This document shows positions 49,844-61,266 of a stretch of DNA of 64,000 nucleotides, one piece after another. Both the position numbers and the translations under genes were made by a program. The notes below the pieces were generated by a model that had not been told where the DNA came from, made no database searches, and saw only the letters and a program-made list of their open reading frames with translations. This DNA is from an uncultured Trueperaceae bacterium (lineage in GTDB: Bacteria; Deinococcota; Deinococci; Deinococcales; Trueperaceae), in NCBI GenBank assembly GCA_963799485.1, contig CAWCXJ010000008.1, positions 32,001 to 96,000 of the forward strand, given 5' to 3'. Numbering within the stretch: the stretch's first letter is position 1; the number at the start of each line of letters is the position of its first letter.

Positions 49844-51322
49844 TTACGGCGCGGTGTAGCGTAAAACCGGTTTACGGGCGGCTTTGACCTCATCCAAGCG
49901 GCGTACCGGCGTGGTGTACGGCGCATCTTTTAAGAAATCCGGGTCGGCTTCGGCACGCCTCAGCACCTCTGCCATCACTTCGACAAAGGCGTCCATCGTC
50001 TCGAGGCTCTCCGTCTCGGTGGGTTCAACCATCATCGCTTCTTTAACGACCAGCGGAAAATACATCGTCATCGGGTGCATCCCGTAGTCTAAAAGCGCCT
50101 TGGCGACGTCGAGCGTTTTCATCCCTTTAGGCGGTTGGGCGACGAACTCGTGCATGTTGATGCGGTCGAACGCCGTCTTGAAGCCAACTTCGTTCAGCTT
50201 GACCCGCAAATAGTTTGCGTTTAAGACGGCCCGCTCGGAAATCTGCGCCAGCCCGTCGCGGCCCAAAGCCCGAATGTAGGTGTACGCCCGGACGAGGTTG
50301 CCGAAGTTGCCGTGAAACGAACGCATCCGCCCGATGGAGTGCGGCTGGTCGTAGTCGAACAAAAAGCGTTCGCCCTCCTTTTTAACAATCGGTGAAGGGA
50401 GAAAATCGCGCAGGTGCGCCTTGACCCCGATAGGGCCGGTGCCGGGGCCGCCGCCGCCGTGAGGCGTGGTAAAGGTCTTGTGCAGATTGAGATGCACCAC
50501 ATCGAAACCCATATCGCCGGGACGAGCGCGGCCCACGATGGCGTTGGCGTTCGCGCCGTCGTAGTAGAGCTGCGCGCCGACCTCGTGGGCGAGGTGGGCA
50601 ATCTCCAAGATGTTCGTCTCAAACAGGCCCAGCGTGTTGGGGTTCGTGAGCATAATCGCCGCAACATCCGGGCCGAGCACAGCCTTGAGCGCGTCTAGGT
50701 CAACTTCGCCGTTCGGAGCCGTCGGCACTTCTTTGACGTCATACCCGACCATCGTCGCGGTGGCCGGATTGGTGCCGTGCGCGGCGTCCGGAACGATGAC
50801 GATACGGCGCTGCTGACCTTCGCCGTTGTGTTCGTGATAGGCCCGAATCATCAAAATCCCGGCGAGTTCGCCGTGCGCGCCTGCTGCCGGTTGCAAGGTG
50901 ATGGCGTCCATCCCGGTAATTTCAGCGAGGTCGTGTTGCAGGTTGTAGAGCAGCTCCAGAGCGCCCTGTACCGCGTCCGGGTCGGCGTTCGGGTGAACGT
51001 CGGCGAAGAGCTTGGCGGTTTCTTCGTTGACTTTGGGGTTGTACTTCATAGTGCACGAGCCGAGCGGGTAGAAGTTGCCGTCTATCGAGAACTGCCGGTG
51101 CGCGAGCTGGGTGTAGTGGCGTACTAGCTCCAACTCCGACACTTCCGGCAGTTTGGGCGGCGCGGCCCGTAAATTTTCAGTACCTAAAAGGTCAGCAAGG
51201 CTCTCCCCGACCGGTTTGGGCGGGCAGGCGGCGCGGCGGCCCGGTTGCGAGCGCTCGAAGATGAGCGGAAAGTCGCCTTTGGTGCTCTGCATAGGCGTTG
51301 ATTGTTCTCCAAGTTTAGTCAT
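49844..51322 (-). CDS. gcvPB: Glycine dehydrogenase subunit 2
   Basis: [28 protein letters not shown]. Confidence 0.97.
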   Translation of the reverse strand: MTKLGEQSTPMQSTKGDFPLIFERSQPGRRAACPPKPVGESLADLLGTENLRAAPPKLPEVSELELVRHYTQLAHRQFSIDGNFYPLGSCTMKYNPKVNEETAKLFADVHPNADPDAVQGALELLYNLQHDLAEITGMDAITLQPAAGAHGELAGILMIRAYHEHNGEGQQRRIVIVPDAAHGTNPATATMVGYDVKEVPTAPNGEVDLDALKAVLGPDVAAIMLTNPNTLGLFETNILEIAHLAHEVGAQLYYDGANANAIVGRARPGDMGFDVVHLNLHKTFTTPHGGGGPGTGPIGVKAHLRDFLPSPIVKKEGERFLFDYDQPHSIGRMRSFHGNFGNLVRAYTYIRALGRDGLAQISERAVLNANYLRVKLNEVGFKTAFDRINMHEFVAQPPKGMKTLDVAKALLDYGMHPMTMYFPLVVKEAMMVEPTETESLETMDAFVEVMAEVLRRAEADPDFLKDAPYTTPVRRLDEVKAARKPVLRYTAP

Positions 51323-52655
51323 GAGCCACCTCGAGCCTAGCCCCTAAAGTCCGCTCGAGTGCATCTGTCAAGAGTTTTACGTCTTCTTCGGTGGTCAGTT
51401 CAGTAGCGGAAAAGAGCGCAGCATTCTCCAGGCCGTAATCTTTGGGAACAGGTACAGCCGCCGCGACGCCCACTTCTGCGAGCGTATGACGCAACTCGTT
51501 TGCAGGGAGCGGTAAACGAACCGCAAATTCGTTAAAGAAGGGTTTTACGGTGAGGGGCTCGAGGCCCACCTCTTTAAGTTTACGGGCCAAAGTATGCGCG
51601 TTCTGCACGCTTTTGGTGGCGACTTCCGCGAGACCTTGCGGCCCGAGCGCGGCGAGGTTGATTGACGCCATCAGCGCCGTAAGCTGGTGGTTCGAGCAGA
51701 TGTTCGACTTGGCTTTCGAGCGGCGGATGTGCTGCTCTCTCGCCTGAAGCGTCAAGACGAACGCGCGTTTACCGTCCCGATCAGACGTTTCGCCGACAAT
51801 GCGCCCCGGCAGTTGCCGTAAAAGCGGTTCAGACACGACCATAAAGCCGAAGTGCGGCCCGCCGAAGTTGACCGGATTGCCGACGGTCTGACCGTCCCCG
51901 ACGGCGATGTCTGCGCCGTACTCACCGGGCGTAGTCAAAACGCCCAAGGAGAGCGGGTCGCAGACGGCGACGAAGAGCGCACCCGCAGCGTGAGCGGCGT
52001 CGGCGAGTTTGGGCATGGCCTCCAAGTAGCCCAAAAAGTTCGGGTTTTGCACGATAAAGCAAGCGGCGCCTTCAGCATCGTCTGGTTCGGGTGTGGTCAA
52101 GTCCGTTAGGGCGATTTCAACAATTTCAATTCCCAGAGGCCGCGCGTAAGTTGCCAAAACCTCACGCGACTCGGGATGCACCCCTCGACTCACCACGACC
52201 TTGCGCCGCCCGGTCTGCCGCACCGCCAGCAGCGCGGCCTCAGCGACCGCCGACGCGCCGTCGTACATCGAGGCGTTCGAGACCGGCAAGCCGGTAAGTT
52301 CACTCATCATGGTCTGGTACTCGAACGTCGCTTGCAACATCCCCTGCGAGACTTCGGGTTGGTACGGCGTGTAGGCCGTGACGAACTCGCTCTGCATGGC
52401 GAGGTGCGGCGTCACCGAGGGGATAAAGTGTTCTTGCAAACCGCCGCCTAAAAAGTTGGCCTGCGGAGCTTTATTTTTTGCGGCGAGTGAGCGCAGGTGC
52501 CGTAACAGGCTTGTTTCGTCCAGACCTTCGGGGATATCCAGCTCGGGGATTTTCAGTGACTTGGGCAGGTCGGCGAACAGCGCGTCGATGCTGTCTACGC
52601 CAATGACAGAGAGGGCACGCTCGAGGTCTTCGGGCGTGTGCGGCAGATAGTTCAT
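51315..52655 (-). CDS. gcvPA: Glycine dehydrogenase subunit 1
   Basis: [27 protein letters not shown]. Confidence 0.97.
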   Translation of the reverse strand: MNYLPHTPEDLERALSVIGVDSIDALFADLPKSLKIPELDIPEGLDETSLLRHLRSLAAKNKAPQANFLGGGLQEHFIPSVTPHLAMQSEFVTAYTPYQPEVSQGMLQATFEYQTMMSELTGLPVSNASMYDGASAVAEAALLAVRQTGRRKVVVSRGVHPESREVLATYARPLGIEIVEIALTDLTTPEPDDAEGAACFIVQNPNFLGYLEAMPKLADAAHAAGALFVAVCDPLSLGVLTTPGEYGADIAVGDGQTVGNPVNFGGPHFGFMVVSEPLLRQLPGRIVGETSDRDGKRAFVLTLQAREQHIRRSKAKSNICSNHQLTALMASINLAALGPQGLAEVATKSVQNAHTLARKLKEVGLEPLTVKPFFNEFAVRLPLPANELRHTLAEVGVAAAVPVPKDYGLENAALFSATELTTEEDVKLLTDALERTLGARLEVAHD

Positions 52656-53035
52656 CCGGCCTCGGCAACCCTTTGATAGGCGTCGGCGTCTAGGAGTTTC
52701 TCGAGTTCTGAGGTGTCCGACACACGCAGCTTAAACAGCCAGCCGCCCTCGAAGGGGGCGCTGTTGATGGTTTCCGGGGCGTCCTCGAGGGCGCTGTTGA
52801 CCTCTACGATTTCGCCTGAAACCGGCGCGTAGATGTCCGAAGCCGTCTTGACCGACTCGACCACCGCGACCGCGCTGCCGGCGGTGACGTTCTGACCGAC
52901 GCGCGGCAACTCGACAAAGACCACATCACCTAACTGGTCTTGGGCAAAATCGGTGATGCCGACGGTAAGGGTGTCGCCGTCTAAACGCGACCACTCGTGC
53001 GACGGACTGTATTTGAGGTCTTCGGGTAGCTGCAT
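52652..53035 (-). CDS. gcvH: Glycine cleavage H protein
   Basis: [16 protein letters not shown] lipoyl motif. Confidence 0.97.
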   Translation of the reverse strand: MQLPEDLKYSPSHEWSRLDGDTLTVGITDFAQDQLGDVVFVELPRVGQNVTAGSAVAVVESVKTASDIYAPVSGEIVEVNSALEDAPETINSAPFEGGWLFKLRVSDTSELEKLLDADAYQRVAEAG

Positions 53036-53221
53036 AGGGACTCCTTACAGGGATTCTGCGATTAGCCTCGACCAAACTCGAGAGACGACTCAACGGGTTT
53101 GGACGTTATCGACACCTTTCTTACGCTTCAGCGTACCGGAAAACCGAAAACCCGCGCGTGTCTCACCTTGCTTTCGAGTTCTTACCGCGAGTTCTTGCCC
53201 GCGCGTGTTCTACCCGGGGTT

Positions 53222-53245
53222 TTTTACGGCGTTCGCGCCGTAAAA
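53222..53245. terminator. Hairpin TTTTACGGCG-TTCG-CGCCGTAAAA after gcvT
   Basis: 10-bp perfect stem next to the gcvT stop. Confidence 0.6.
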
Positions 53246-53252
53246 GCTCGGG

Positions 53253-54326
53253 TCAGTAAAAGGGCGGTTTGACGACGACTGCCGGGAGCGGTTGTGCCCG
53301 AATCTCGACGGCGACCTCTGTACCGGGTTCGCTGTAGGCTCTACGAACCCACGCGAGCGCAATCCCTTCGCGGGTCAAGGGTGAAATCGCGCCGGAGGTA
53401 ATCTCGCCGATTTTTTCACCGAGTTCATCTTCGCTTTCGCCGGGGGCGAGCACGCGGTAGCTGGGCCGCGCGACGCCGCGCCGCTTTAGTTTGAGGCCGA
53501 CGAGTTGCCGCGTACAGGTACGCGACCAGATCGCCGCGCGCCCGTAAAAGTCTTTGTCTTTGACGACCCAGGCCATGTTGGTGCAGCGCGGGTTCGTCGT
53601 TTGGGTGAGTTCGTGACCGAACAAGGGAAACCCGGCCTCGAGCCTCAGCGTATCGCGCGCACCTAACCCGCACGGCGCTGCGCCAGCGTCGGTCAGGGTG
53701 CGCCACACAGTCGCTGCATCTTCCGGCCGGCAAAAGATTTCAAAACCGTCCTCGCCGGTATACCCGGTACGGGCAAACGTGACTTCACGGCCTCCAAGCG
53801 TCCCCGTCAGTGTCCGGTTCTTTTTGAGCCCGCCCACGTCGGCGTCGGTCAAACGGGCCAACACGAGCGCCGCGCCGGGGCCTTGGAGGGCCAAAAGCCC
53901 AAAGGTATCCGATACGTCGCTAACTTCGGCGTCGTAGTCGCGCGCGAGCTTGGTGAGGTGCGTCACCACCGCTTCGCGGTTTGCGGCGTTGCAAACGACG
54001 AGGTAGTTTTCGGGCGCGGTGCAGTAGACGTATAAGTCGTCGATCAACCCGCCCCGGTCGTTGGGCAACATCGAATACTGACCGCGCCCCGGTTTGAGCT
54101 TGGCGGGGTCGTTAAGAGTCGCAAACCGCAAAAACGCAAGCGCCCCCGGCCCTGTCACTTGCACCTCACCCATGTGACTTACGTCAAAAAGGCCCGCACT
54201 TTCGCGGACGGCTAAATGCTCCTGATTGATCCCCGAGGGGTACTGAATCGGCATCTCGAAGCCCGCAAAGTCCACCATGCGGGCTCCGGCTTCTACGTGC
54301 AGGTCGTACAGCGGCGTATGCTTCAT
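53253..54326 (-). CDS. gcvT: Glycine cleavage aminomethyltransferase
   Basis: FDVSHMG, RTGYTGEDGFE, ARDTLRLEAG. Confidence 0.97.
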   Translation of the reverse strand: MKHTPLYDLHVEAGARMVDFAGFEMPIQYPSGINQEHLAVRESAGLFDVSHMGEVQVTGPGALAFLRFATLNDPAKLKPGRGQYSMLPNDRGGLIDDLYVYCTAPENYLVVCNAANREAVVTHLTKLARDYDAEVSDVSDTFGLLALQGPGAALVLARLTDADVGGLKKNRTLTGTLGGREVTFARTGYTGEDGFEIFCRPEDAATVWRTLTDAGAAPCGLGARDTLRLEAGFPLFGHELTQTTNPRCTNMAWVVKDKDFYGRAAIWSRTCTRQLVGLKLKRRGVARPSYRVLAPGESEDELGEKIGEITSGAISPLTREGIALAWVRRAYSEPGTEVAVEIRAQPLPAVVVKPPFY

Positions 54327-54403
54327 ACCTCAAGGGTACACCACCCTACCCCGGTAAAATACGGCTTCTTTGCCCGGCTACTTCGGCTGATTACTTCGGC
54401 TGA

Positions 54404-54994
54404 CTATTTTTTTTGTGCGAGCTTCGCTAATACTTGTTTGGATACGGCGCGCAGCGGTTCTAGTACCCCCTCGAAGTCGCGCGCGGAACCCTCGAAGGTC
54501 TCGAGCACCCCACCCGGATCGATGACGCTGCGGAGCATCTCGGCGGGCAGGGCGTCGGGTAAATCGCGTTTGTTGAGCTGCAACACCAGCGGCACCTCGG
54601 CGACCGACAGGTTGTATTCGGTCAGGTTTTCGCGGAGGTTTCGCATCGCTTCGGCGTTGGCGCGGAGCCGGTTGGGGGCGGAGTCGGCGACGAACACCAC
54701 GCCGTCGACGCCGCGCAAGATAAGTTTGCGGGCGGCGTTGTAAAAAACCTGCCCGGGGACGGTGTAGAGGTGAAAACGGGTCTTGAAGCCGTTGACGCTG
54801 CCTAGCTCGAGCGGCATAAAGTCGAAAAACAACGTCCGCTCCTCTTCGGTTGCCAGACTCACGAGTTCACCGCGGCGTTCGGGCGCGATGTGTTCGTGGA
54901 TCAGCTTGAGGTTGGTCGTCTTGCCCGACATACCGGGGCCGTAGTAGACGAGCTTAAAGCTGATCTCGCGGGCCGCGAAGTTGACGGTGCTCAC
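54404..54994 (-). CDS. mglA: MglA-family small GTPase
   Basis: [38 protein letters not shown] start gives 196 aa. Confidence 0.93.
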   Translation of the reverse strand: MSTVNFAAREISFKLVYYGPGMSGKTTNLKLIHEHIAPERRGELVSLATEEERTLFFDFMPLELGSVNGFKTRFHLYTVPGQVFYNAARKLILRGVDGVVFVADSAPNRLRANAEAMRNLRENLTEYNLSVAEVPLVLQLNKRDLPDALPAEMLRSVIDPGGVLETFEGSARDFEGVLEPLRAVSKQVLAKLAQKK

Positions 54995-55386
54995 GCGCTG
55001 CACCACCGGCAGCGAAGACCGCAGCACCCGGTTACGGCAAGCGCAGTCTTCTGCAAATAATTTAAGCGTTTCCTGAACTCGCGACGCAGCTCGGCAGCGG
55101 TAGCCCAGCGGTGGTAGGTAAACTTCATCTTTTGACTATACGCAGCGCGGCGGCGTGCTGACGTGTAAATCACCATTTGCCGTCTACTACTACCGCTTCG
55201 TGGTAGCGCTAAAAGGGAAACGAACGCTAAGGGTTGATGACAACCGAAGAGCAGCATGATAGTCGGTAGGTCTGCTTCAATATGTAAGCATGAGAGGCGA
55301 GCTCAAAACCTCAGTGGATGTAAGCGCGGGCATGAAAAAAACCTACCCCGGTTCAGGTGAACCTCAGCGGGCAGGCTTCTTTTGTC

Positions 55387-55479
<93 letters not shown>

Positions 55480-55504
55480 AAAATGCGGCAAAGGCGAGTA
55501 TACC

Positions 55505-57187
55505 TTACGGGGCAGGCTTTGTCACGCGGTTTTCGGTGCGGCGCGCCGCAAAAAAGGCTTGCAGTAACCGTTCGGCGTCGCGGGCCAGGACGCCGGAACG
55601 AACCTCGAGTCCCCGTTTCCAGGGGTGTTCCAGCAGGTCGGCAACGCCGCCTAGCGCGCCGTCACGGTCGTTTGACGCGCCGTAAACGATGCGGGGCAGG
55701 TGCGCCGCTAGCGCCGCGCCGAGACACATGGGGCAGGGCTCGAGCGTAACGTAGAGCGTGCAGCCCGACAAACGCCAATCCCCGAGTACCCCGGCGGCTT
55801 TGCGTAACGCGTTTGTTTCAGCGTGGGCAGTCGGGTCGGTGTCCGAACGGGTGGTATTGGCGGCGGCGGCCAAAAGTTTCTCACCACGCACGACGACCGC
55901 GCCGACGGGCACCTCACCGGCGCGGGCGGCTTCTTCAGCTTGGGCCAACGCCTGGCGCATCCAGAAGATGTCCGGGTCGGTGGCGCTGAGGGCGACGCGA
56001 ACATCGGCGGCGACGCCTTCAAGCCACAGCACGTCGGACGGCCCTGCCGGGTCGGTTGCCAGAACCGCAAGGGAAGCGCGACGTTCACGCGGAATTTTCC
56101 GGTCGATCAGCAAGTCGGAGACCTTTTTACGGCCCCCCGCGAGGCGGATACGGTCGCCGGGTAGAGGGTTGCGGAAGTGTAGCGCCGGAAATGCCGCCAG
56201 CTTGGTGGGCCCAAGTTCGGGGCGCAAGTCGGCAACGTTCAGGCCGGCAGGGGCGGTTGCCGGAATTACGCTGGGCACAACAACCTCGAGCCGCCCGTAA
56301 GCGACGCGTGCATAGGTATCTTTAGGCAGCGAAATCCGCGTCGGCTTGGTAGCGTTTAGGTGGTGACGTAGCGTTTCGATATGTTCCTTGTCGGGTTGGA
56401 GCCCGGCGTTTTGCAGCAGCGTCGTAAGCGCGGCGCGTTGCAGAGCGGGGGGTTGACGGTGCAAGCGGGCAAGCTCGAGCCCCCCGTCACGAAAAAAGCG
56501 TTCGCTTTGAGCCTGTAAAACATCCGTCTGGTCGCGCTGAAGCTCGGCAAACTGCGCCAGTTTCTTTTGCACGGCAGGATAACGGTGTGCCAGTAGCGGC
56601 AGCACCTCATGACGAAGCCAGGCCCTTGTGCGCCTCGTATCGGTATTCGTTTCGTCTTCTAAAAACGGCTGCTTTAACGTTGCCAGGTATGTTCTGAGCT
56701 GCTGGCGTGAGACCGTGAGTAAAGGCCGCACGATTTTACCCCGCCGCGCCGGAATACCCGTGGCAGAGGCTGCGCCGCGCAAGAGTTGCAGCAACACGGT
56801 TTCCGCCTGGTCGTCTTGTGTGTGGGCGCTCAGGATGGCGTCCGCGCCGACACGTTGGGCGGTGCGGGTCAGAAAACTGTAGCGGAGGCGGCGGGCGGCG
56901 TCCTCGAGGTTCCAGCCTTTCGTTTGGGCAATGCGGGCGACCTCTATCCGAGCACCGTAGTAAGGCAAACCCAAAGCTTCAGCCAACGCTTTGACAAACT
57001 GCGCGTCGGCTGCCGCAGTCTCTCTTAAGGCGTGGTCGAGGTGGGCGACCCCCAACCGGTACGGACTCCCTGCCAAAAGCCGCAGCAAGGCCACCGAGTC
57101 GCCCCCACCCGACACGGCTATGAGCAGCGTTTTGGCCCCGGGAGCGAGTTGCCCCAAGGTCGCAAGGGTGTCCACTACCAAGTTCAC
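55505..57187 (-). CDS. tilS: tRNA(Ile)-lysidine synthetase fused to a TadA-type tRNA adenosine deaminase
   Basis: [15 protein letters not shown] and R..LRH motifs, then GEVPVGA, DPTAHAE and EPCPMC. Confidence 0.93.
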   Translation of the reverse strand: MNLVVDTLATLGQLAPGAKTLLIAVSGGGDSVALLRLLAGSPYRLGVAHLDHALRETAAADAQFVKALAEALGLPYYGARIEVARIAQTKGWNLEDAARRLRYSFLTRTAQRVGADAILSAHTQDDQAETVLLQLLRGAASATGIPARRGKIVRPLLTVSRQQLRTYLATLKQPFLEDETNTDTRRTRAWLRHEVLPLLAHRYPAVQKKLAQFAELQRDQTDVLQAQSERFFRDGGLELARLHRQPPALQRAALTTLLQNAGLQPDKEHIETLRHHLNATKPTRISLPKDTYARVAYGRLEVVVPSVIPATAPAGLNVADLRPELGPTKLAAFPALHFRNPLPGDRIRLAGGRKKVSDLLIDRKIPRERRASLAVLATDPAGPSDVLWLEGVAADVRVALSATDPDIFWMRQALAQAEEAARAGEVPVGAVVVRGEKLLAAAANTTRSDTDPTAHAETNALRKAAGVLGDWRLSGCTLYVTLEPCPMCLGAALAAHLPRIVYGASNDRDGALGGVADLLEHPWKRGLEVRSGVLARDAERLLQAFFAARRTENRVTKPAP

Positions 57188-57225
57188 CCCCTTATTATGC
57201 CCCGCCTAAACGCTATACTTGGGCC

Positions 57226-58395
57226 ATGACCGTCACCTTGATTGTGCTCGATTCCGTAGGGGTCGGCGCGCTTCCCGACGCAGCCGACTTCGGCGACACC
57301 GGCGCGCACACGCTCGACCATACGCTGCAAGCCGGGCGAAACGGCGCAACGCTGCCGAACTTCGCAGCTTTGGGCTTGGGGAGTATCGAAGGCGTAACTT
57401 CACTACCCCGGCCTGAAACCGTAAGCGCCTCGTATGGACGACTCGCCGAGGTCTCGCCCGGCAAAGATACGACGACGGGCCACTGGGAGTTTATGGGTGT
57501 TACGCTCACCCACGCCCTTAGGACGTTTACGGCGTTTCCGGGCGAGCTGATGCGCGCGTTTGACGCGCTGACCGGGCGCGGGCACCTCGGCAACCGTCCG
57601 GCGTCGGGTACGGTTATTTTGGACGAGCTGGGCGAAACGCACCTGCAAACAGGCGAGCCCATCGTCTATACAAGTGCGGACAGCGTGTTTCAGCTTGCCG
57701 CGCACGTAGATAAGGTGCCGCTTGCGACCCTTTACGCGTGGTGCGAAGGCGCGCGCGGCTTGCTCCGGGGCGAATTTGCGGTCGCCCGCGTGATTGCCCG
57801 CCCCTTTACCGGCGCACCGGGGAACTTCAGGCGTTTAGGCGAAGCGCGGCGCGACTACTCGCTGACGCCGCCTCACGAAACCGTACTGGACGTGCTCAAA
57901 GCTGCGGGCAAAGAAGTTATCGGCGTCGGGAAAATCCCCGACATCTATAACCATCAGGGATTTACCGAGGAGGTTCATACCGACTCGAACGACGACGGCA
58001 TCGGTAAAACGCTCACGGCGATGCAAAACCGCCCCGACGGGCTGATATTTTGCAACCTGGTCGAGTTCGATTCGCTTTACGGGCATCGGCGCGACCCGGA
58101 GGGCTACGCAAACGCGCTGAGGGCCACCGACGAGCGTCTGCCTGAACTTTTAGAGGCTGTTCATCCCGGCGACTGGCTCTTGTTTGTGTCCGACCACGGC
58201 AACGACCCGACGCACGGCGGCACCGACCACACCCGCGAATACGGGCTTCTGCTCGCTCACAGTCCCGGCGTTGCCGCAAAAGACCTGGGAACGCGTGAAA
58301 GTTTTGCCGATGTGGGCGCGACGGTCGCCGACCTTTTAGGGGTAGCGTGGGCGGGGGCGGGCTCGAGCTTCGCCCCGCAACTCCTGAAACATTAA
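57226..58395 (+). CDS. deoB: Phosphopentomutase
   Basis: [39 protein letters not shown]. Confidence 0.96.
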   Translation: MTVTLIVLDSVGVGALPDAADFGDTGAHTLDHTLQAGRNGATLPNFAALGLGSIEGVTSLPRPETVSASYGRLAEVSPGKDTTTGHWEFMGVTLTHALRTFTAFPGELMRAFDALTGRGHLGNRPASGTVILDELGETHLQTGEPIVYTSADSVFQLAAHVDKVPLATLYAWCEGARGLLRGEFAVARVIARPFTGAPGNFRRLGEARRDYSLTPPHETVLDVLKAAGKEVIGVGKIPDIYNHQGFTEEVHTDSNDDGIGKTLTAMQNRPDGLIFCNLVEFDSLYGHRRDPEGYANALRATDERLPELLEAVHPGDWLLFVSDHGNDPTHGGTDHTREYGLLLAHSPGVAAKDLGTRESFADVGATVADLLGVAWAGAGSSFAPQLLKH

Positions 58396-58420
58396 CGCCA
58401 AGGTTGTCGAAACGCGCGGG

Positions 58421-58564
58421 GCAGCGAACAACCTGCTTTCGTCGGGCGCAGTAGACCTCAAGCCGATGATTACGCATCACTTTCCCTTGGACGAGATGTT
58501 AACCGGGTTTGAGTACGCCGAAAAGGGCACGGACGGCGCGGTCAAGGTGATGATTGAGGTTTAG
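58421..58564 (+). pseudogene. 3' fragment of a polyol dehydrogenase (inverted copy of the end of 62649-63677)
   Basis: AANNLLSSGAVDLKPMITHHFPLDEMLTGFEYAEKGTDGAVKVMIEV*. Confidence 0.9.
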
Positions 58565-58639
58565 AGGGGGGGCTCGAGGCTTCCTTTAGAAGCTGACACG
58601 ACACTTGCGTTTTGGGGGCGTTTGGGAGAAAGATAGGCC

Positions 58640-59095
58640 ATGAGCGGAGCGCACGGGTTTCTCTTATTCCTAGCAACCTTAAGCGTGTATAACTGCGGGG
58701 TCATCTGGCCGACTCAGAGTGTAACCTATCCGCTCTTTCGACTTGTACCTAGAGATGCATTTTTAGCCTATCACCTCTTTTACAATCGCCGGATCACCGC
58801 CGCTGTTATTATCCCTGGATTTCTATCGTTCCTTGCGCCTTTTGTGTTGCTCTTTTTTCGCCCACCGTCTGTAACTTTGTGGATGGCTATTCTGAGCGCG
58901 GTACTTGGCGGCTTGGCTCTTTTTGTAACGGTCGCGCTAGAAGTGCCGCGTCATATCCGGTTGCAGCGGCAGGGCAAGTCCGACGTGCTGATTCAGGGTT
59001 TAATTGTCAACAACTGGCTTCGAACCTTCGCTATTACAGCTCAAGCGGCCTTCTTGTTGTGGCTACTATCACGTACTTTTGTCCCTGCCGGCTAA
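58640..59095 (+). CDS. Four-TM membrane protein (DUF1772-like)
   Basis: YPLF..VP, EVPRH..L and NWLRT motifs; lower GC. Confidence 0.7.
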   Translation: MSGAHGFLLFLATLSVYNCGVIWPTQSVTYPLFRLVPRDAFLAYHLFYNRRITAAVIIPGFLSFLAPFVLLFFRPPSVTLWMAILSAVLGGLALFVTVALEVPRHIRLQRQGKSDVLIQGLIVNNWLRTFAITAQAAFLLWLLSRTFVPAG

Positions 59096-59112
59096 CTTGT
59101 TTTGCAAAAGCG

Positions 59113-59739
59113 TTACAGAGATTGTCCCATGATAAGTGTGTGCGGCTCCTGCCGCTTGAGTTCTTTGAAACCCAGCTTCAGATAAAACTTCTCCGACCGG
59201 ACATTTTGCGGCGAGGTGCCGAGATGTACCCCCGGTGAGCCCCTCTCTCTAAGCGCCGCTAAAAACGCCTCCATCAGTGCCCGCCCGTTGCCGCTGCCCT
59301 GCGCTCTCGGCAAGAGGTCGATGTGCAGGTGTGAAGGGTAATCCTTTTCTAAATCCTCACTATCCGTAGCGTCGTATTCGTAAAACTCATTGATAATGCG
59401 GTCGTCTCGAGACCATTCTTTTTCGTCTCCGGTCGGTTTTGGATACTGTTTGCGAAGCTCTGAAAACCACTCGCTTGCTAACCGTTTGTAAAACGTCTTT
59501 GAACCGAGCGTACCCAAAATATACCCGCACACGCCGTGCTTATCTTCTAACACAAAGGTGAGGTCGGGCTCGAACACCGCATACGGTGCGGCGTAAAGGT
59601 GCCCCAGCAGTTGCGGGTCGCCGTAAAGTCGGGTGGCGTCTTCACCGAGGTCACCGGTTTTTAAGCAGATGTAGTAGAGCGCGCCTAAGTCTTTTGGCTG
59701 GTAAGACCGGATGGCAAAGCCGGGAGCGGGAGTAGCCAT
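59113..59739 (-). CDS. GNAT-family acetyltransferase
   Basis: YPSHLHIDLLPRAQGSGNG, FYLKLGF. Confidence 0.9.
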   Translation of the reverse strand: MATPAPGFAIRSYQPKDLGALYYICLKTGDLGEDATRLYGDPQLLGHLYAAPYAVFEPDLTFVLEDKHGVCGYILGTLGSKTFYKRLASEWFSELRKQYPKPTGDEKEWSRDDRIINEFYEYDATDSEDLEKDYPSHLHIDLLPRAQGSGNGRALMEAFLAALRERGSPGVHLGTSPQNVRSEKFYLKLGFKELKRQEPHTLIMGQSL

Positions 59740-59755
59740 GCGTTTAGTATAGAGC
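59740..59755. promoter_or_regulatory. 16-bp bidirectional leaderless promoter
   Basis: TAGTAT (+) 5 nt before GTG 59756; TATACT (-) 6 nt before ATG 59739. Confidence 0.7.
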
Positions 59756-60427
59756 GTGCCGGGTCAACCTTTAGCTGCTCAACCGCTACTCGAGGCGCGT
59801 GAACTGCGCCGCACCGTTGCGGGCCGGGTGCTGTGGGCCGATTTGGGGCTCGAGCTTTACGCCGGTGAACGCCTGACCGTAACCGGGCCGTCGGGTTCGG
59901 GAAAGAGCTTGCTGTTGCGGACGCTTGCGCTACTCGACCCGCTCGAGACGGGTTTACTCCACTTTCGCGCTCAGGATGTACAAACCCTGCCGGTAACGAT
60001 CTACCGCACGCACGTCTTGTATCTGCCGCAGCGCGCGCCGCTCTATCCGGGGACGGTTGAGGAGAATTTACGGCTTCCCTTTACGCTTCAAGTCCATCAC
60101 GGTAAAACGTTTAGCTCTGGGCACCTCACGCAGTTTCTCGCCCGACTCGGACGCCCGGAAACCTTTTTGGCGCAGGCCGCCGAAAGTTTATCGGGAGGTG
60201 AAGCGCAACTCGTTGCGCTCGCCCGCGCGCTCAGTTTGGGGCCCGACGTGCTGCTGCTCGACGAAGCAACGAGCGCCCTCGACCCGGACACGCTAAACCA
60301 GGCCGAAACGCTGCTCGCAGACTGGGTGCACGACGCAGACCGCGCACTCCTCTGGGTCGGTCACGACGCGGCGCAGCGAGAACGTTTTGCTACTCGTAAG
60401 CTCGAGCTGCTGAGTTTTCACCCGTGA
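59756..60427 (+). CDS. ABC ATP-binding protein, FetA/YbbL-like
   Basis: GPSGSGKS, LSGGE, LDEATSALD; coupled to the FetB-like permease. Confidence 0.88.
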   Translation: MPGQPLAAQPLLEARELRRTVAGRVLWADLGLELYAGERLTVTGPSGSGKSLLLRTLALLDPLETGLLHFRAQDVQTLPVTIYRTHVLYLPQRAPLYPGTVEENLRLPFTLQVHHGKTFSSGHLTQFLARLGRPETFLAQAAESLSGGEAQLVALARALSLGPDVLLLDEATSALDPDTLNQAETLLADWVHDADRALLWVGHDAAQRERFATRKLELLSFHP

Positions 60428-61212
60428 GCGTCCCCATCAGCCTCTTTCAATTCGTGCTGGCCGCTGCCCTGATGAGCGTCGGTGTGGCGCTGTCGTGGCG
60501 GCTCCGGCTCGGTCTGGGCCGCACCATCTTTACGGCGAGTGTCCGGATGGTCGCGCAGCTTTTGCTCGTCGGGTTGATTTTGGGTTGGGTATTTTCGCTG
60601 CAAAACCCGCTGCCGGTCATTGCCATCGGCCTGGTGATGACGCTGCTCGCGGGGCAAGCGGCGGTCTCGCGGAGCAAGCAGCGTTACGCGCGGATGTACT
60701 TCGACAGCTTTCTGGCGGTGTTCGGCAGTTCGTTTATCCTCTCGGGCGTCGCCCTCGCCGGAATTATTCAGGTCAACCCGTGGTGGAACCCGCAGTACGC
60801 CGTGCCGATTCTGGGGATGGTGCTGGGCAACACCTTGACCGGGGTGTCGCTCGCGCTCGAGCGTTTCACTTCCGACGTAAAGGTTCGCCGGGGACAGATC
60901 GAGGGCTTGCTGGCCCTGGGCGCGACGCGCTGGGAAGCCGCGCACGCCGAGGTTGCGACGGCTGTTCGTACCGGCATGATTCCGACCCTAAACAGCATGG
61001 TGGTGATGGGCATCGTCAGCTTGCCGGGGATGATGACCGGACAGATTTTAGCGGGCGCGCCCCCCGAAAGGGCGGTGCGTTACCAGATCGTCATCATGTT
61101 CGTGTTGGCGACGAGTTCGGCGCTCGGTAGTTTGCTGGTGACGCTCTTGGCGTTTCGCACGCTGTTCGATACGCGGCACCGGTTGAGGTTAGGGAAACTC
61201 GAGCCGAAATAA
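60424..61212 (+). CDS. fetB: FetB/YbbM (UPF0014) permease
   Basis: RMVAQL, GMVLGN, GIVSLPGMMTGQILAG, AVRYQ. Confidence 0.9.
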   Translation: MSVPISLFQFVLAAALMSVGVALSWRLRLGLGRTIFTASVRMVAQLLLVGLILGWVFSLQNPLPVIAIGLVMTLLAGQAAVSRSKQRYARMYFDSFLAVFGSSFILSGVALAGIIQVNPWWNPQYAVPILGMVLGNTLTGVSLALERFTSDVKVRRGQIEGLLALGATRWEAAHAEVATAVRTGMIPTLNSMVVMGIVSLPGMMTGQILAGAPPERAVRYQIVIMFVLATSSALGSLLVTLLAFRTLFDTRHRLRLGKLEPK

Positions 61213-61266
61213 CGGCGTTTTTCCTGCTTGTATGCCTGAGGCCGCTAAGCTGATAGGCTGACCCTT

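Noticed and set aside
54327..54403. Glycine riboswitch upstream of gcvT
   Set aside because: Only 77 bp, no aptamer motifs, and a -10 lies 6 nt from the ATG.
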